A stretch of 64,000 nucleotides of DNA from a virus (Duplodnaviria; Caudoviricetes): the IMG/VR virus record IMGVR_UViG_3300042317_000235, positions 493 through 64,492 of that record, one strand, 5' to 3'. The translations under genes and the position numbers were made by a program. The notes under the pieces were generated by a model, which was given only the letters and a program-made list of their open reading frames with translations, had not been told where the DNA came from and searched no databases. Of the stretch, positions 16,338-25,786 are shown piece after piece (position 1 is the first letter of the stretch; every line of letters starts with the position of its first letter).

Positions 16338-17291
16338 TTATTTGTTGTACTTATCCAAAATAAGTTTGGCTAGATATAGTAGTTCGGGTGCGCTTGTTGC
16401 TTCGCGTTCTAACTCTTCAAGAATCATCGACGCTGTATCTTTACAGTCTTGTGAAAAGTTTAAAACTTTAAAATCCAACTTAGGTTCTGATTTGTTGTTT
16501 TCCGCTTTAGGTGCTGAAAGTGTAGCGAGTTTAGCTTTAACCTTATCCAAATCTTTTTTGGTTTTATCGGCGGCGGCTTGCGCTTGCACTTGCACTTTAT
16601 CGGCTTGCACTTTATCGGCGGCGGCTTGTGCGGCTTGTGCATCGGCGGCGGCTTGTGCGGCTTGTGCATCGTCAATTACACCTAACAAATCCGATTGAAC
16701 CGCGCTCGCGCCTTGTGGGTCATCGTCGATAATAGTGCATATATCTTCTATAACTTGTTCAGATTCGGCGGCGGCTTGTGCGGCTTGTGCATCGGCGGCG
16801 GCTTTATCGGCGGCGGCTTTATCGGCGGCTTGAATAGCCTTGTCCAACTTCGCTTGGTCGGCAACTAATTGCTTTTCAAACTTTGATTGTTGTTCTAAGG
16901 CGTCGGCGATTAATGTAGTTTTAGCACGGGTTTTCACTTTACCAGTCCGCAGGTAAAAACTGATTAGCTTATGTTGCTCAGTGTAAAACGTTTCATAACT
17001 ACATTTAAATTCGCGGTTTTCTAATACGGCGGCTTTTTTAAGTGAATCATACAATCTTTGAGTTTCAGATTTTACTAGTGCATTAGGTAACTCACATAGT
17101 TTAGGTTCGCCTTTAGCATTACCATGCTGAACGGTTGTAAATTGTATTCTTAGTAATTGTAACCATTGGTCGCTTTTTTCTGTTGCGTTGAAACGTAATT
17201 GTTCGAATTTATCGGCTTGGGTCATCTCAGATATAAAACCAAATAGCATAGTTGCTGCATTGATTGTGTTGTTTTCTGTTTTAGCGTTCAT
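16338..17291 (-). CDS. first leftward gene; Ala/Gln/Asp/Lys-rich coiled-coil protein
   Basis: AADKA and DAQAAQAAA repeats; own promoter and terminators. Confidence 0.75.
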   Translation of the reverse strand: MNAKTENNTINAATMLFGFISEMTQADKFEQLRFNATEKSDQWLQLLRIQFTTVQHGNAKGEPKLCELPNALVKSETQRLYDSLKKAAVLENREFKCSYETFYTEQHKLISFYLRTGKVKTRAKTTLIADALEQQSKFEKQLVADQAKLDKAIQAADKAAADKAAADAQAAQAAAESEQVIEDICTIIDDDPQGASAVQSDLLGVIDDAQAAQAAADAQAAQAAADKVQADKVQVQAQAAADKTKKDLDKVKAKLATLSAPKAENNKSEPKLDFKVLNFSQDCKDTASMILEELEREATSAPELLYLAKLILDKYNK

Positions 17292-17341
17292 GATGATATT
17301 CCTATATAAAGTAAATTAAAGATAATTGATACTGCAGGCAT

Positions 17342-17370
17342 ATTAGACAACAAAATGAAACCTATGTCAA
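17342..17370 (-). promoter_or_regulatory. sigma70 promoter
   Basis: minus strand TTGACA-17 nt-TCTAAT. Confidence 0.75.
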
Positions 17371-17441
17371 CTATATAAATTTAATAATGTTATAAAACAA
17401 TAGGATACGGTTACCAGTTAACCGCAGTCAATGCGCATTCT

Positions 17442-17463
17442 ATTCCGTACACGTGTACGGAAT
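17442..17463. repeat. 22-bp perfect palindrome copy 5
   Basis: ATTCCGTACACGTGTACGGAAT. Confidence 0.9.
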
Positions 17464-17515
17464 TGGATAATAACTTGCTTACCTGATATCACGTATAGTT
17501 TATAGGGTTATTATG

Positions 17516-17601
17516 TATATGTATGCTATATGTATGCTATATGTATGCTATATGTATGCTATATGTATGCTATATGTATGCTATATGTATGCTATATGTA
17601 T
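17516..17601. repeat. tandem array of 7 x 11-bp GTATGCTATAT
   Basis: units start at 17521 and repeat every 11 bp to 17597, with partial flanks. Confidence 0.92.
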
Positions 17602-17906
17602 AAAACACGGTAAAAACATCATGCTATATATCAAAACATTGTGTATAATCAGGGCATAGCGACCCCCACCCCCCAAAATAATATTTAGGAGTCCCCTATT
17701 TTTCTATACATACTATTCCACACGTTGTAACCCCACTTCTACCAAATCACCCTAATCCTACATAACCCACTAACAACCTACGTAAACTAATCCTCACACA
17801 AAACCCCCCGTCACTTATATAAACGCCCATCAAAAAAATTTTTCACAAAAAATTTACAAAGTAGGGTAAGCTATGTGCTCATGTATGTTTATAACAAAGA
17901 AAGAAT

Positions 17907-18542
17907 ATGCAGATAGAAGACGAATATGATGATTTCGTGGATTTTGATGAGGTCGAGCCCTTTGATTTTTCCACTGTATGCGGACATACCGCCCCTAGTG
18001 AGGCTACAAAACGAAGACTCAACGCAAAAGAAGCCTTCAAAGACCCCACATTCCTAGATGCACAGGGGATGCCCCCTTTGCCAGAACCGCAATTAACGTA
18101 TGCAGAAAAAAATGAAGCCCTAAATATATTTTTAGAACAACCTGATGCACCTCCTGCACCTACCACACCCGGTGCGGCGAAAGCGCTCGACAAACTTTTA
18201 AAGCGGTTTGACTATACATTGGCAAATTCTACAAACAAGATGCGTCAATATGTGCTTTTTAAACTGTTTGAACTTGCCGAAAACGAAGACCCAAAACTTC
18301 AAATTAAGGCGGTTGAAATGCTAGGTAAGGTAACTGAAATTGGGCTCTTTACGACAAAAGTAGAGGTAGCTGCTGCAGATAAACCGACAGGTGACCTAGA
18401 GTCTGAGCTTAATGAGTTGATGTCAACGTACTCTATTGGGGGTGAACTTGGCTCAATTGATGTGCAGTACGAGCAGATTTCCGATGAAGAGCTTAAAGGT
18501 GATGCTAAAGAAGAGGAATTTGAGGAGGTAGAAGATGAGTAA
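17907..18542 (+). CDS. probable terminase small subunit
   Basis: immediately upstream of and overlapping TerL; IKAVEMLGK...GLFT pattern. Confidence 0.65.
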   Translation: MQIEDEYDDFVDFDEVEPFDFSTVCGHTAPSEATKRRLNAKEAFKDPTFLDAQGMPPLPEPQLTYAEKNEALNIFLEQPDAPPAPTTPGAAKALDKLLKRFDYTLANSTNKMRQYVLFKLFELAENEDPKLQIKAVEMLGKVTEIGLFTTKVEVAAADKPTGDLESELNELMSTYSIGGELGSIDVQYEQISDEELKGDAKEEEFEEVEDE

Positions 18543-20031
18543 GTTAGCCCATGTGCCTCCATCAGATAAAGAGCGCCTAGCAGAGCTTGTGCGTGAGCTT
18601 ACCCGCAGAAAAGAAAGAGAAAATGCACAGACTGACTTCTTAGCGTTTGTGCAGTCGGTGTGGCCTGACTTTATTTATGGTCGGCATCATGCAAGGATAG
18701 CCTCAGAGTTTGAGCGCGTAGCCAGAGGCGAGTGCAGACGACTCATAATTAACTTAGGTCCACGTCATACAAAGAGTGAGTTCGGCTCTTACTTATTACC
18801 AGCATGGTTTCTTGGGCGGTTTCCTAATAAGAAAGTGATTCAGTGCTCGCATACTGCTGACCTTGCAGTAGGGTTTGGCCGTAAGGTGCGAAACTTAGTA
18901 GACTCTCCTGCGTATCAAGAAGTCTTCCCCAATGTAGGCCTGCGGTCTGACTCGAAGGCGGCGGGTAGATGGAACACCAGCGCAGGCGGTGACTATTTTG
19001 CTATTGGGGTAGGCGGTGCAGTAACCGGTAAAGGTGCTGACCTGCTGATAATTGACGACCCGCACAGTGAACAAGAAGCGGCGATAGCGGCGAGTAATCC
19101 TGAGATTTACGATAAAGTGTACGAGTGGTACACGTCTGGTCCGCGTCAGCGTCTCCAGCCTGGCGGAGCCATAATCATAATTCAGACTCGTTGGTCAAAA
19201 AGAGACCTGACGGGACAAGTGCTTGAAGCGGCGATGCAGAGAGGCAACGAGAATTGGAGAGTGGTAGAGTTCCCTGCCATATTGCCATCGGGTAAACCGC
19301 TATGGCCTGAGTTCTGGAGTCTTGAGGAATTAGAAGCGACACGCGATGCAATTGACGTGTCCAAGTGGCAGGCGCAGTATCAGCAAGACCCGACCTCTGA
19401 AGAGGGAGCGATAGTTAAAAGAGAGTGGTGGCAGAAATGGACTAAAGAAGACCCGCCTCCAACAGACTTTATATTGATGACTTGGGATACGGCGTTTGAG
19501 AAATCACAGCGAGCTGACTATAGTGCGTGTACTGTGTGGGGCGTGTTCTACCAAGACAACGACAACGGCGTGATGCAGGCTAACATTATTATGCTTGATG
19601 CGAAACGTGGGCGGTATGAGTTCCCCGAACTTAAGCAAGTTGTGCTGGATGACTATAACTATTGGCAACCTGATAGTATAATCGTAGAAAAGAAAGCGTC
19701 TGGTGCGCCACTTATATATGAGTTACGTGCAATGGGTATTCCAGTGATGGAATTCACGCCTACAAGAGGTAACGATAAGATATCTAGGCTTAATGCGGTT
19801 GCAGACTTATTTCACTCTGGTAGAGTATGGGCACCGAACACACGATTTGCGGACGAGGTTATCGAAGAGGTGGCATCATTTCCCGCAGGGCAACACGATG
19901 ACTATGTGGATACCGTGTCAATGGCGATGGCGAGGTTTAGAAAAGGCGGGTTTATTTCAACTAATTTAGATGAACCAGAACCAGAGCGAGAGTTTAGAGG
20001 GCGGTCATCACGGCGCAATGCATATTACTAA
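18535..20031 (+). CDS. terL: terminase large subunit
   Basis: Walker A-like PRHTKSE, Walker B LLIIDDP, QTRW, nuclease WDTA, HDDYVD. Confidence 0.96.
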   Translation: MSKLAHVPPSDKERLAELVRELTRRKERENAQTDFLAFVQSVWPDFIYGRHHARIASEFERVARGECRRLIINLGPRHTKSEFGSYLLPAWFLGRFPNKKVIQCSHTADLAVGFGRKVRNLVDSPAYQEVFPNVGLRSDSKAAGRWNTSAGGDYFAIGVGGAVTGKGADLLIIDDPHSEQEAAIAASNPEIYDKVYEWYTSGPRQRLQPGGAIIIIQTRWSKRDLTGQVLEAAMQRGNENWRVVEFPAILPSGKPLWPEFWSLEELEATRDAIDVSKWQAQYQQDPTSEEGAIVKREWWQKWTKEDPPPTDFILMTWDTAFEKSQRADYSACTVWGVFYQDNDNGVMQANIIMLDAKRGRYEFPELKQVVLDDYNYWQPDSIIVEKKASGAPLIYELRAMGIPVMEFTPTRGNDKISRLNAVADLFHSGRVWAPNTRFADEVIEEVASFPAGQHDDYVDTVSMAMARFRKGGFISTNLDEPEPEREFRGRSSRRNAYY

Positions 20032-20049
20032 CAACAGCAGAGAAACTAA

Positions 20050-22860
20050 ATGTTTGATAAAAGCCTAAACCAAGCACCACTAGGACTTGAGTCCTTACTC
20101 GGCGGCGATGAGCCTGACATCGAGATTGAAATTGACGACCCAGAAAGTTTGCATATTGCAATGGGTGGGATGGAGATTGACTTTGACCCAAAAGGTGAAA
20201 GCGGAGAAGATTTTGATGAGAATTTAGCTGAACTCCTAGATGATGGGGAGCTTTCGTCTATTGCAGCAGATTTGTTGTCTGATTTTGATGATGACGTGGC
20301 TTCGCGTAAAGATTGGATTACGACTTATACAGATGGTTTAGAGCTACTCGGTATGAAGATTGAAGAGCGTACTGAGCCTTGGGATGGCGCGTGTGGTGTG
20401 CATCACCCTCTACTTAGCGAAGCATTAGTTAAGTTCCAAGCTGAGACTATGATGGCGACATTCCCGTCAGCAGGTCCTGTCAAAACAAAGATTATCGGCA
20501 AAGAGACTTCTAGTAAGAAGGAAGCAGCGGTACGTGTTCAAGACGACATGAATCACCAGCTTTTAGACGTGATGACTGAGTACAGACCTGAGCATGAGCG
20601 TATGCTTTGGGGTCTTGGGCTATCTGGTAATGCATTTAAGAAAGTGTACTTTGACCCAAAATTAAACCGCCAAACATCTCTATTTGTCCCTGCTGAAGAC
20701 ATGGTTGTACCTTATGGTGCATCTAACTTAGAAACAGCAGAGCGTGTAACTCATGTTATGCGTAAGACTGAGAACGATATGCGTAGGCTTCAGGTAGCGG
20801 GGTTTTACCGCGATATTGACCTAGGTGAGCCTAGTAGTCAGCTTGATGACGTTGAGAAGAAAATTGCTGAGAAGATGGGATTTAGTGCAACGTCTGATGA
20901 CCGATATAAAGTCCTTGAAATGCACGTTGACCTCGACCTTCCAGGGTTTGAGCATACTGATGCAGATGGGGATGAAACGGGAATTGCACTACCTTATGTA
21001 GTGACTATTGAGAAAGGAAGTCAAGAGATTCTATCCATTAGACGTAACTGGGAGCCAGATGATGAAACCTACACCAAGCGACAACATTTTGTTCATTATG
21101 GGTATGTCCCTGGGTTTGGCTTTTATTGCTTTGGCCTTATTCATCTTATTGGCGCATTTGCTAAGTCCGGTACTTCTCTTATTAGACAACTGGTTGATGC
21201 AGGCACGCTAAGTAATCTGCCTGGCGGGTTTAAAGCGCGTGGTATGCGTATTAAGGGTGATGATACGCCTATCTCTCCTGGAGAGTGGCGCGATGTAGAT
21301 GTACCAAGCGGTACAATTCGAGATAACCTGCTTCCACTTCCATACAAAGAGCCGTCACAAACATTGATGGCACTGCTTAATCAGATTGTAGAAGAAGGTA
21401 GACGCTTTGCTAACGCGGCGGATTTGCAAGTATCTGATATGTCGGGTAATGCGCCTGTAGGGACGACACTAGCTATTTTAGAGCGTACGCTTAAAGTGAT
21501 TACTGCTGTTCAAGCGCGTGTACATTATTCAATGAAGCAAGAGCTCGGTCTCCTAAAAGGTATTATCGCCGCTTACGCACCAGAGGATTATGACTATGAC
21601 CCTGAAGAAGGAAGTAGAAAAGCCAAGAAGTCGGACTATACGACTACAGAAGTTATCCCTGTATCTGACCCTAATGCGTCTACGATGGCTCAGAAAATCG
21701 TACAGTACCAAGCGGTACTTCAACTTGCGCAAGGGGCACCTCAACTTTACAACCTGCCCATTCTTCACCGCCAGATGCTTGATGCTTTGGGGATTAAGGA
21801 TGCGCAAAAGCTGGTTCCATTAGAAGAAGATAAGTTCCCTGTAGACCCCGTGTCTGAGAATCAGAATATCCTTAGATTAAAACCTGTCAAAGCGTTCTTA
21901 ACTCAAGACCACAATGCTCACATTGCTGTCCATATGGCGATGATGCAAGACCCCAAGATTATGGGTACGCTGCAAGGAAACCCGCTACTTCCACAGATTC
22001 AAGCGACAGTCATGTCACACGTAGCAGAGCATTTGGGCTTCCAGTATAGAAAAGATGTTGAAGTACAGCTTGGTATGCAGATGCCTCCACAAGAGGATGA
22101 TGACGGCGAAGATATGAAGCAAGACCCCGAAGTAGAAGCGGCATTGTCTCCATTACTTGCACAAGCGGCTACACAACTACTTCAACAAAATCAAGCTGGA
22201 GCAGCGCAGCAAAAAGCGCAGCAGCAAGCTCAAGACCCACTTATTCAAATGCAGATGCAAGAGCTACAACTTAAAGCGCAAGAAATTCAGAATAAAGCGC
22301 AGAGAGATCAAGCTGAGATTCAAGTTAAGATGCAGCAGATTCAAGTAGACCGTGAACGCATTGCAGCGCAAACAGCAACAGCAGATAAACAGCGTGAGAT
22401 TGATGTCCTAAAAAGTGCAGCGCAGTTAGGTGTTAAACAGTCGCTCGATAAAGGTAAACAAACCCATGACGAGAAGAAACTGCAAGTAGAAGCGCTTAAA
22501 AATGCAGCTGATATGACGATGAAGAAGGAAGACCAGCAGCGCAAAACAACTGTTCAAGCTCTAAAAGATGCGGCTCAAATCACTGCTAAGAAGACTGAAA
22601 CCGAAATGGGGTTAGCTCACCAAGCGTATCAAGGTATGCTTGAGCGTGAACGCGCACAGACAGAGAAAGCGGAAACTATGGCTCACGAAGCCTACCAAAA
22701 AGCTCTTGAAAGAGACCATCAAAGACATCATAAAATACTCGATGTAGCGCACCAAGGCCACCAAGCTGAAGTAAATCGCGAACATCAAAAAGAGCAAGCT
22801 TTTGCTAAAGGGGGAGAAGTAAAACAATCCGCCAAGAAACCTAAGAAAGGTGAAGAATAA
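20050..22860 (+). CDS. portal protein with long C-terminal coiled coil
   Basis: position after TerL; FKKVYFDP, QLVDAGTLSNLPGGFK; Q-rich helical tail. Confidence 0.88.
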   Translation: MFDKSLNQAPLGLESLLGGDEPDIEIEIDDPESLHIAMGGMEIDFDPKGESGEDFDENLAELLDDGELSSIAADLLSDFDDDVASRKDWITTYTDGLELLGMKIEERTEPWDGACGVHHPLLSEALVKFQAETMMATFPSAGPVKTKIIGKETSSKKEAAVRVQDDMNHQLLDVMTEYRPEHERMLWGLGLSGNAFKKVYFDPKLNRQTSLFVPAEDMVVPYGASNLETAERVTHVMRKTENDMRRLQVAGFYRDIDLGEPSSQLDDVEKKIAEKMGFSATSDDRYKVLEMHVDLDLPGFEHTDADGDETGIALPYVVTIEKGSQEILSIRRNWEPDDETYTKRQHFVHYGYVPGFGFYCFGLIHLIGAFAKSGTSLIRQLVDAGTLSNLPGGFKARGMRIKGDDTPISPGEWRDVDVPSGTIRDNLLPLPYKEPSQTLMALLNQIVEEGRRFANAADLQVSDMSGNAPVGTTLAILERTLKVITAVQARVHYSMKQELGLLKGIIAAYAPEDYDYDPEEGSRKAKKSDYTTTEVIPVSDPNASTMAQKIVQYQAVLQLAQGAPQLYNLPILHRQMLDALGIKDAQKLVPLEEDKFPVDPVSENQNILRLKPVKAFLTQDHNAHIAVHMAMMQDPKIMGTLQGNPLLPQIQATVMSHVAEHLGFQYRKDVEVQLGMQMPPQEDDDGEDMKQDPEVEAALSPLLAQAATQLLQQNQAGAAQQKAQQQAQDPLIQMQMQELQLKAQEIQNKAQRDQAEIQVKMQQIQVDRERIAAQTATADKQREIDVLKSAAQLGVKQSLDKGKQTHDEKKLQVEALKNAADMTMKKEDQQRKTTVQALKDAAQITAKKTETEMGLAHQAYQGMLERERAQTEKAETMAHEAYQKALERDHQRHHKILDVAHQGHQAEVNREHQKEQAFAKGGEVKQSAKKPKKGEE

Positions 22861-23039
22861 TGGACGCGTTTGATGTAGTGCTTAAGCACATTGATGAGAA
22901 AGTTATGCAACTTAAAGATGCTGTATGTTCTGAGCGAATTGACTCAATGGAAACGTATAAACAGATGTGCGGTGAAATACGCGGGCTTCAAACAGCTCGC
23001 GGTTATGTACTTGATATAAAAGATAAATTAGAAGACTAG
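22860..23039 (+). CDS. small hypothetical protein (59 aa, below ORF-track cut-off)
   Basis: MDAFDVVLKHIDEK...YKQMCGEIRGL; TAATG coupling to the portal. Confidence 0.7.
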   Translation: MDAFDVVLKHIDEKVMQLKDAVCSERIDSMETYKQMCGEIRGLQTARGYVLDIKDKLED

Positions 23040-23114
23040 CTTGGAAGAGGAGCTTAAAACCTCGATGACAGCACGGAAAGACGGCATATTTTAATCCCAC
23101 AAACAGGAAACAAA

Positions 23115-23531
23115 ATGTCAAAGATTTTAATTGGGTCAAACCCCAAAAATCCACAAGTTGTTGGTAGCTACGAAACAGAGGCTACTAACGAAGAAAAAGC
23201 AACGCAACTCCCAATGCCATCAGGATACAGAATCCTATGTGCTATTCCAGAAGCAGATAAAGAATACGAAAGTGGTATCGCAAAAGCTGACGTAACCCTG
23301 CGTAATGAAGAAGTACTTACCACCGTATTATTCGTTGTTTCATTAGGCCCAGAAGCTTATAAAGACACAAACAAATTCCCTAGTGGTGCATGGTGTAAAG
23401 AAGGCGACTTTATCTTAGTACGCCCCAACTCAGGCTCACGCCTGCTTATTCACGGTAGAGAATTCCGTCTTATCAATGATGATTCGGTAGAAGCAGTTGT
23501 ACTCGACCCACGTGGCATCTCACGCAAATAG
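23115..23531 (+). CDS. groES: GroES-like co-chaperonin
   Basis: PSGYRIL, SGI, VVSLGPEAY, CKEGDFI, GREFRLINDDSVEAVV. Confidence 0.85.
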   Translation: MSKILIGSNPKNPQVVGSYETEATNEEKATQLPMPSGYRILCAIPEADKEYESGIAKADVTLRNEEVLTTVLFVVSLGPEAYKDTNKFPSGAWCKEGDFILVRPNSGSRLLIHGREFRLINDDSVEAVVLDPRGISRK

Positions 23532-23540
23532 GACAAGACT

Positions 23541-24488
23541 ATGGCAGATTTTGAAAGAACAGAATATAAATTCCCCGATGAAATAGACGATAATGACGAT
23601 AACATCGAGATTGAAATAGAAGACGATACTCCCGAAGAAGACCGTGGTCGGGAACCAATGCCTAAACACATTGTAGATGAGTTAGAAGAAGACGAATTAG
23701 ACTCCTACGATGCAAAAGCACAACAACGCATTAAACAAATGCGTAAGGTATATCATGACGAGCGCAGGGAGAAAGAAGCGGCTCAACGTGAGCACAGAGA
23801 GGCTGTTGCATTAGCGCAACGACTGCTCCAAGAAAACCAACGCGTTAACCAAGTTTTGGGTAATGGTGAAAAAGAGTATATTAATAATATACAGAGTTTA
23901 GCTCAGAAAGAGATGCAAGAAGCCAAGCGTGCTTACAAAGACGCATATGAAATTGGTGATGCCGATGGTGTAGTAGAAGCTCAAGAGCAGATGCAGTTGG
24001 CCACCTTAAAATTGGCTCAAGCACATAATATGCGTACAGGGGCTTTACAAACACCTGATTATGAGGTACAACAGGCGCAAGAAAGGCTACAACGCCCTGC
24101 GGAACCGCAAGTTCCACGGCCTGACGAGAAGGCTTTGGATTGGCAAGAAAGAAATGAGTGGTTTGGTAAAGACAAAGAAATGACCAGCGCAGCTCTTGGA
24201 CTTCATGCAAAACTTGTAGACGAAGGCGTACCAGTAGGCTCTAAAGAATATTACAACGTATTGGACAAAACAATGCGTAGACGTTTTAACGAGTATTTTG
24301 GTGAAACCGAAGATAGAAAGTCGAGTAGGGGCAGACCGTCAAACGTAGTCGCACCCGCTTCGAGAAGTACATCAGCAACAAAGATAAAGTTAACTCAGAG
24401 CCAGGTCAACTTAGCAAAGAAATTTGGCTTAACCCCTGAACAATATGCGAAAGCAGCTTTAGCCTTGGAGAACCAAAATGGCAGATAA
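23541..24488 (+). CDS. probable capsid scaffolding protein
   Basis: acidic coiled coil; WQERNEWFG; C-terminal LAKKFGLTPEQYA; position before the capsid genes. Confidence 0.7.
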   Translation: MADFERTEYKFPDEIDDNDDNIEIEIEDDTPEEDRGREPMPKHIVDELEEDELDSYDAKAQQRIKQMRKVYHDERREKEAAQREHREAVALAQRLLQENQRVNQVLGNGEKEYINNIQSLAQKEMQEAKRAYKDAYEIGDADGVVEAQEQMQLATLKLAQAHNMRTGALQTPDYEVQQAQERLQRPAEPQVPRPDEKALDWQERNEWFGKDKEMTSAALGLHAKLVDEGVPVGSKEYYNVLDKTMRRRFNEYFGETEDRKSSRGRPSNVVAPASRSTSATKIKLTQSQVNLAKKFGLTPEQYAKAALALENQNGR

Positions 24489-24936
24489 TACAAATGCAAG
24501 AACAACTCGTGAACTAGAAACCCGTGCACTTGTGGAGCGTCCTAAGCAGTGGATGCAACCAGAGCTGCTCCCTGAGCCTGACAAAGAGGCTGGGTTTGCA
24601 TATAGATGGATTCGCGTAGCAACATTAAATAACAGTGACCCAAGCAACTTAGCGTCAAATCTAAGACAAGGCTGGGAACCCGTTACAATGAGCGAACAAC
24701 CTAAATTTAGACTGTTAGCCGACCCGAATAGTCGTTTTAAAGACAATATCGAAGTAGGCGGATTATTACTTTGCAAGATTCCAGCTGAGTTTATGGAGCA
24801 ACGTGCACAACACTTTGCTAACATTACAAGCCAGCAAGCAGAAGCTGTAGATAATAATCTAATGCGCCAAAGTGACTCAAGAATGCCTATCTTTAAAGAG
24901 AGAAGCTCTAAAGTTACCTTTGGTAAAGGTACTTAA
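24478..24936 (+). CDS. conserved head-module hypothetical protein
   Basis: YRWIR, GWEPV, VGGLLLCKIP. Confidence 0.7.
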   Translation: MADNTNARTTRELETRALVERPKQWMQPELLPEPDKEAGFAYRWIRVATLNNSDPSNLASNLRQGWEPVTMSEQPKFRLLADPNSRFKDNIEVGGLLLCKIPAEFMEQRAQHFANITSQQAEAVDNNLMRQSDSRMPIFKERSSKVTFGKGT

Positions 24937-24957
24937 TTAATTATTTTAGGAGTTAAA

Positions 24958-25773
24958 ATGGCTTATCCTACAGTACAAGCCCCTTACGGGTTAAAACCTG
25001 TAAATCTAATCGGGGGTCAAGTTTTTGCGGGTTCTACTCGTAACATCCCTATTCAATACGGGTACAACACTAATATCGGTTATGGTGACCCTGTTGTAAT
25101 TGCGTCTGGTACTATTACTAGAGCTACTATTGCTGCAGCAACTACAGGTAAACAAATTACTGGTATTTTCTTGGGTTGTTCATACACTAACCCAACAACT
25201 AAACAAAAGTTATTCTCTCAGTATTGGCCTGCAGGTACACTTGCTGGTGATGCAGAAGCTGTTGTTACTGATGACCCAGATACTGTATTTAAAGTAGTTA
25301 TGTTGTCTGCGGCAGGCGGTACAGTTACTTCAGGTTCACAAGCATTAGTTGGCTTAAATGTTGCTGGTGCAGATGCTGCGGCTAACGTAAATACAGGTAA
25401 TTCTACTGTGGGTGCTGTTACACCTACTGCAACCCCCTCTACAGGCCTAGCATATCGTATTGTTGACTTAGTACCTGAAACAGCGGTTATTACTTCTGTT
25501 CCTAGCACTTCAACAACAACAACAACTATTACTGTCCCTGCATTGACTTCACCGTTAGTTGTGGGTTCGGATGTATCTTTCATTGCACCTAACGGTCAAT
25601 TAGTACAAACAGGGTCATTTTTAACAGCTAACTATGCTGTTGGGGCAACATCTCTTGTTATGAACGCGGCTTCAGGCGTGACCATTCCTGCTTCTGCAAC
25701 CTTAGTTATTACTCAGTACCCAGAAGTACTAGTTAAAATTAACTTCGGTATCCATTCATACTACGGCGCTTAA
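24958..25773 (+). CDS. probable capsid decoration / minor capsid protein
   Basis: APYGLKPV, GIFLGCSYT, DDPDTVF; directly before the MCP. Confidence 0.65.
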   Translation: MAYPTVQAPYGLKPVNLIGGQVFAGSTRNIPIQYGYNTNIGYGDPVVIASGTITRATIAAATTGKQITGIFLGCSYTNPTTKQKLFSQYWPAGTLAGDAEAVVTDDPDTVFKVVMLSAAGGTVTSGSQALVGLNVAGADAAANVNTGNSTVGAVTPTATPSTGLAYRIVDLVPETAVITSVPSTSTTTTTITVPALTSPLVVGSDVSFIAPNGQLVQTGSFLTANYAVGATSLVMNAASGVTIPASATLVITQYPEVLVKINFGIHSYYGA

Positions 25774-25786
25774 GGAGCAATAAAAA

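Noticed and set aside
17442-17463. parS site
   Set aside because: Shares only the central CACGTG with the TGTTNCACGTGAAACA consensus; the arms differ and no ParB gene is seen.
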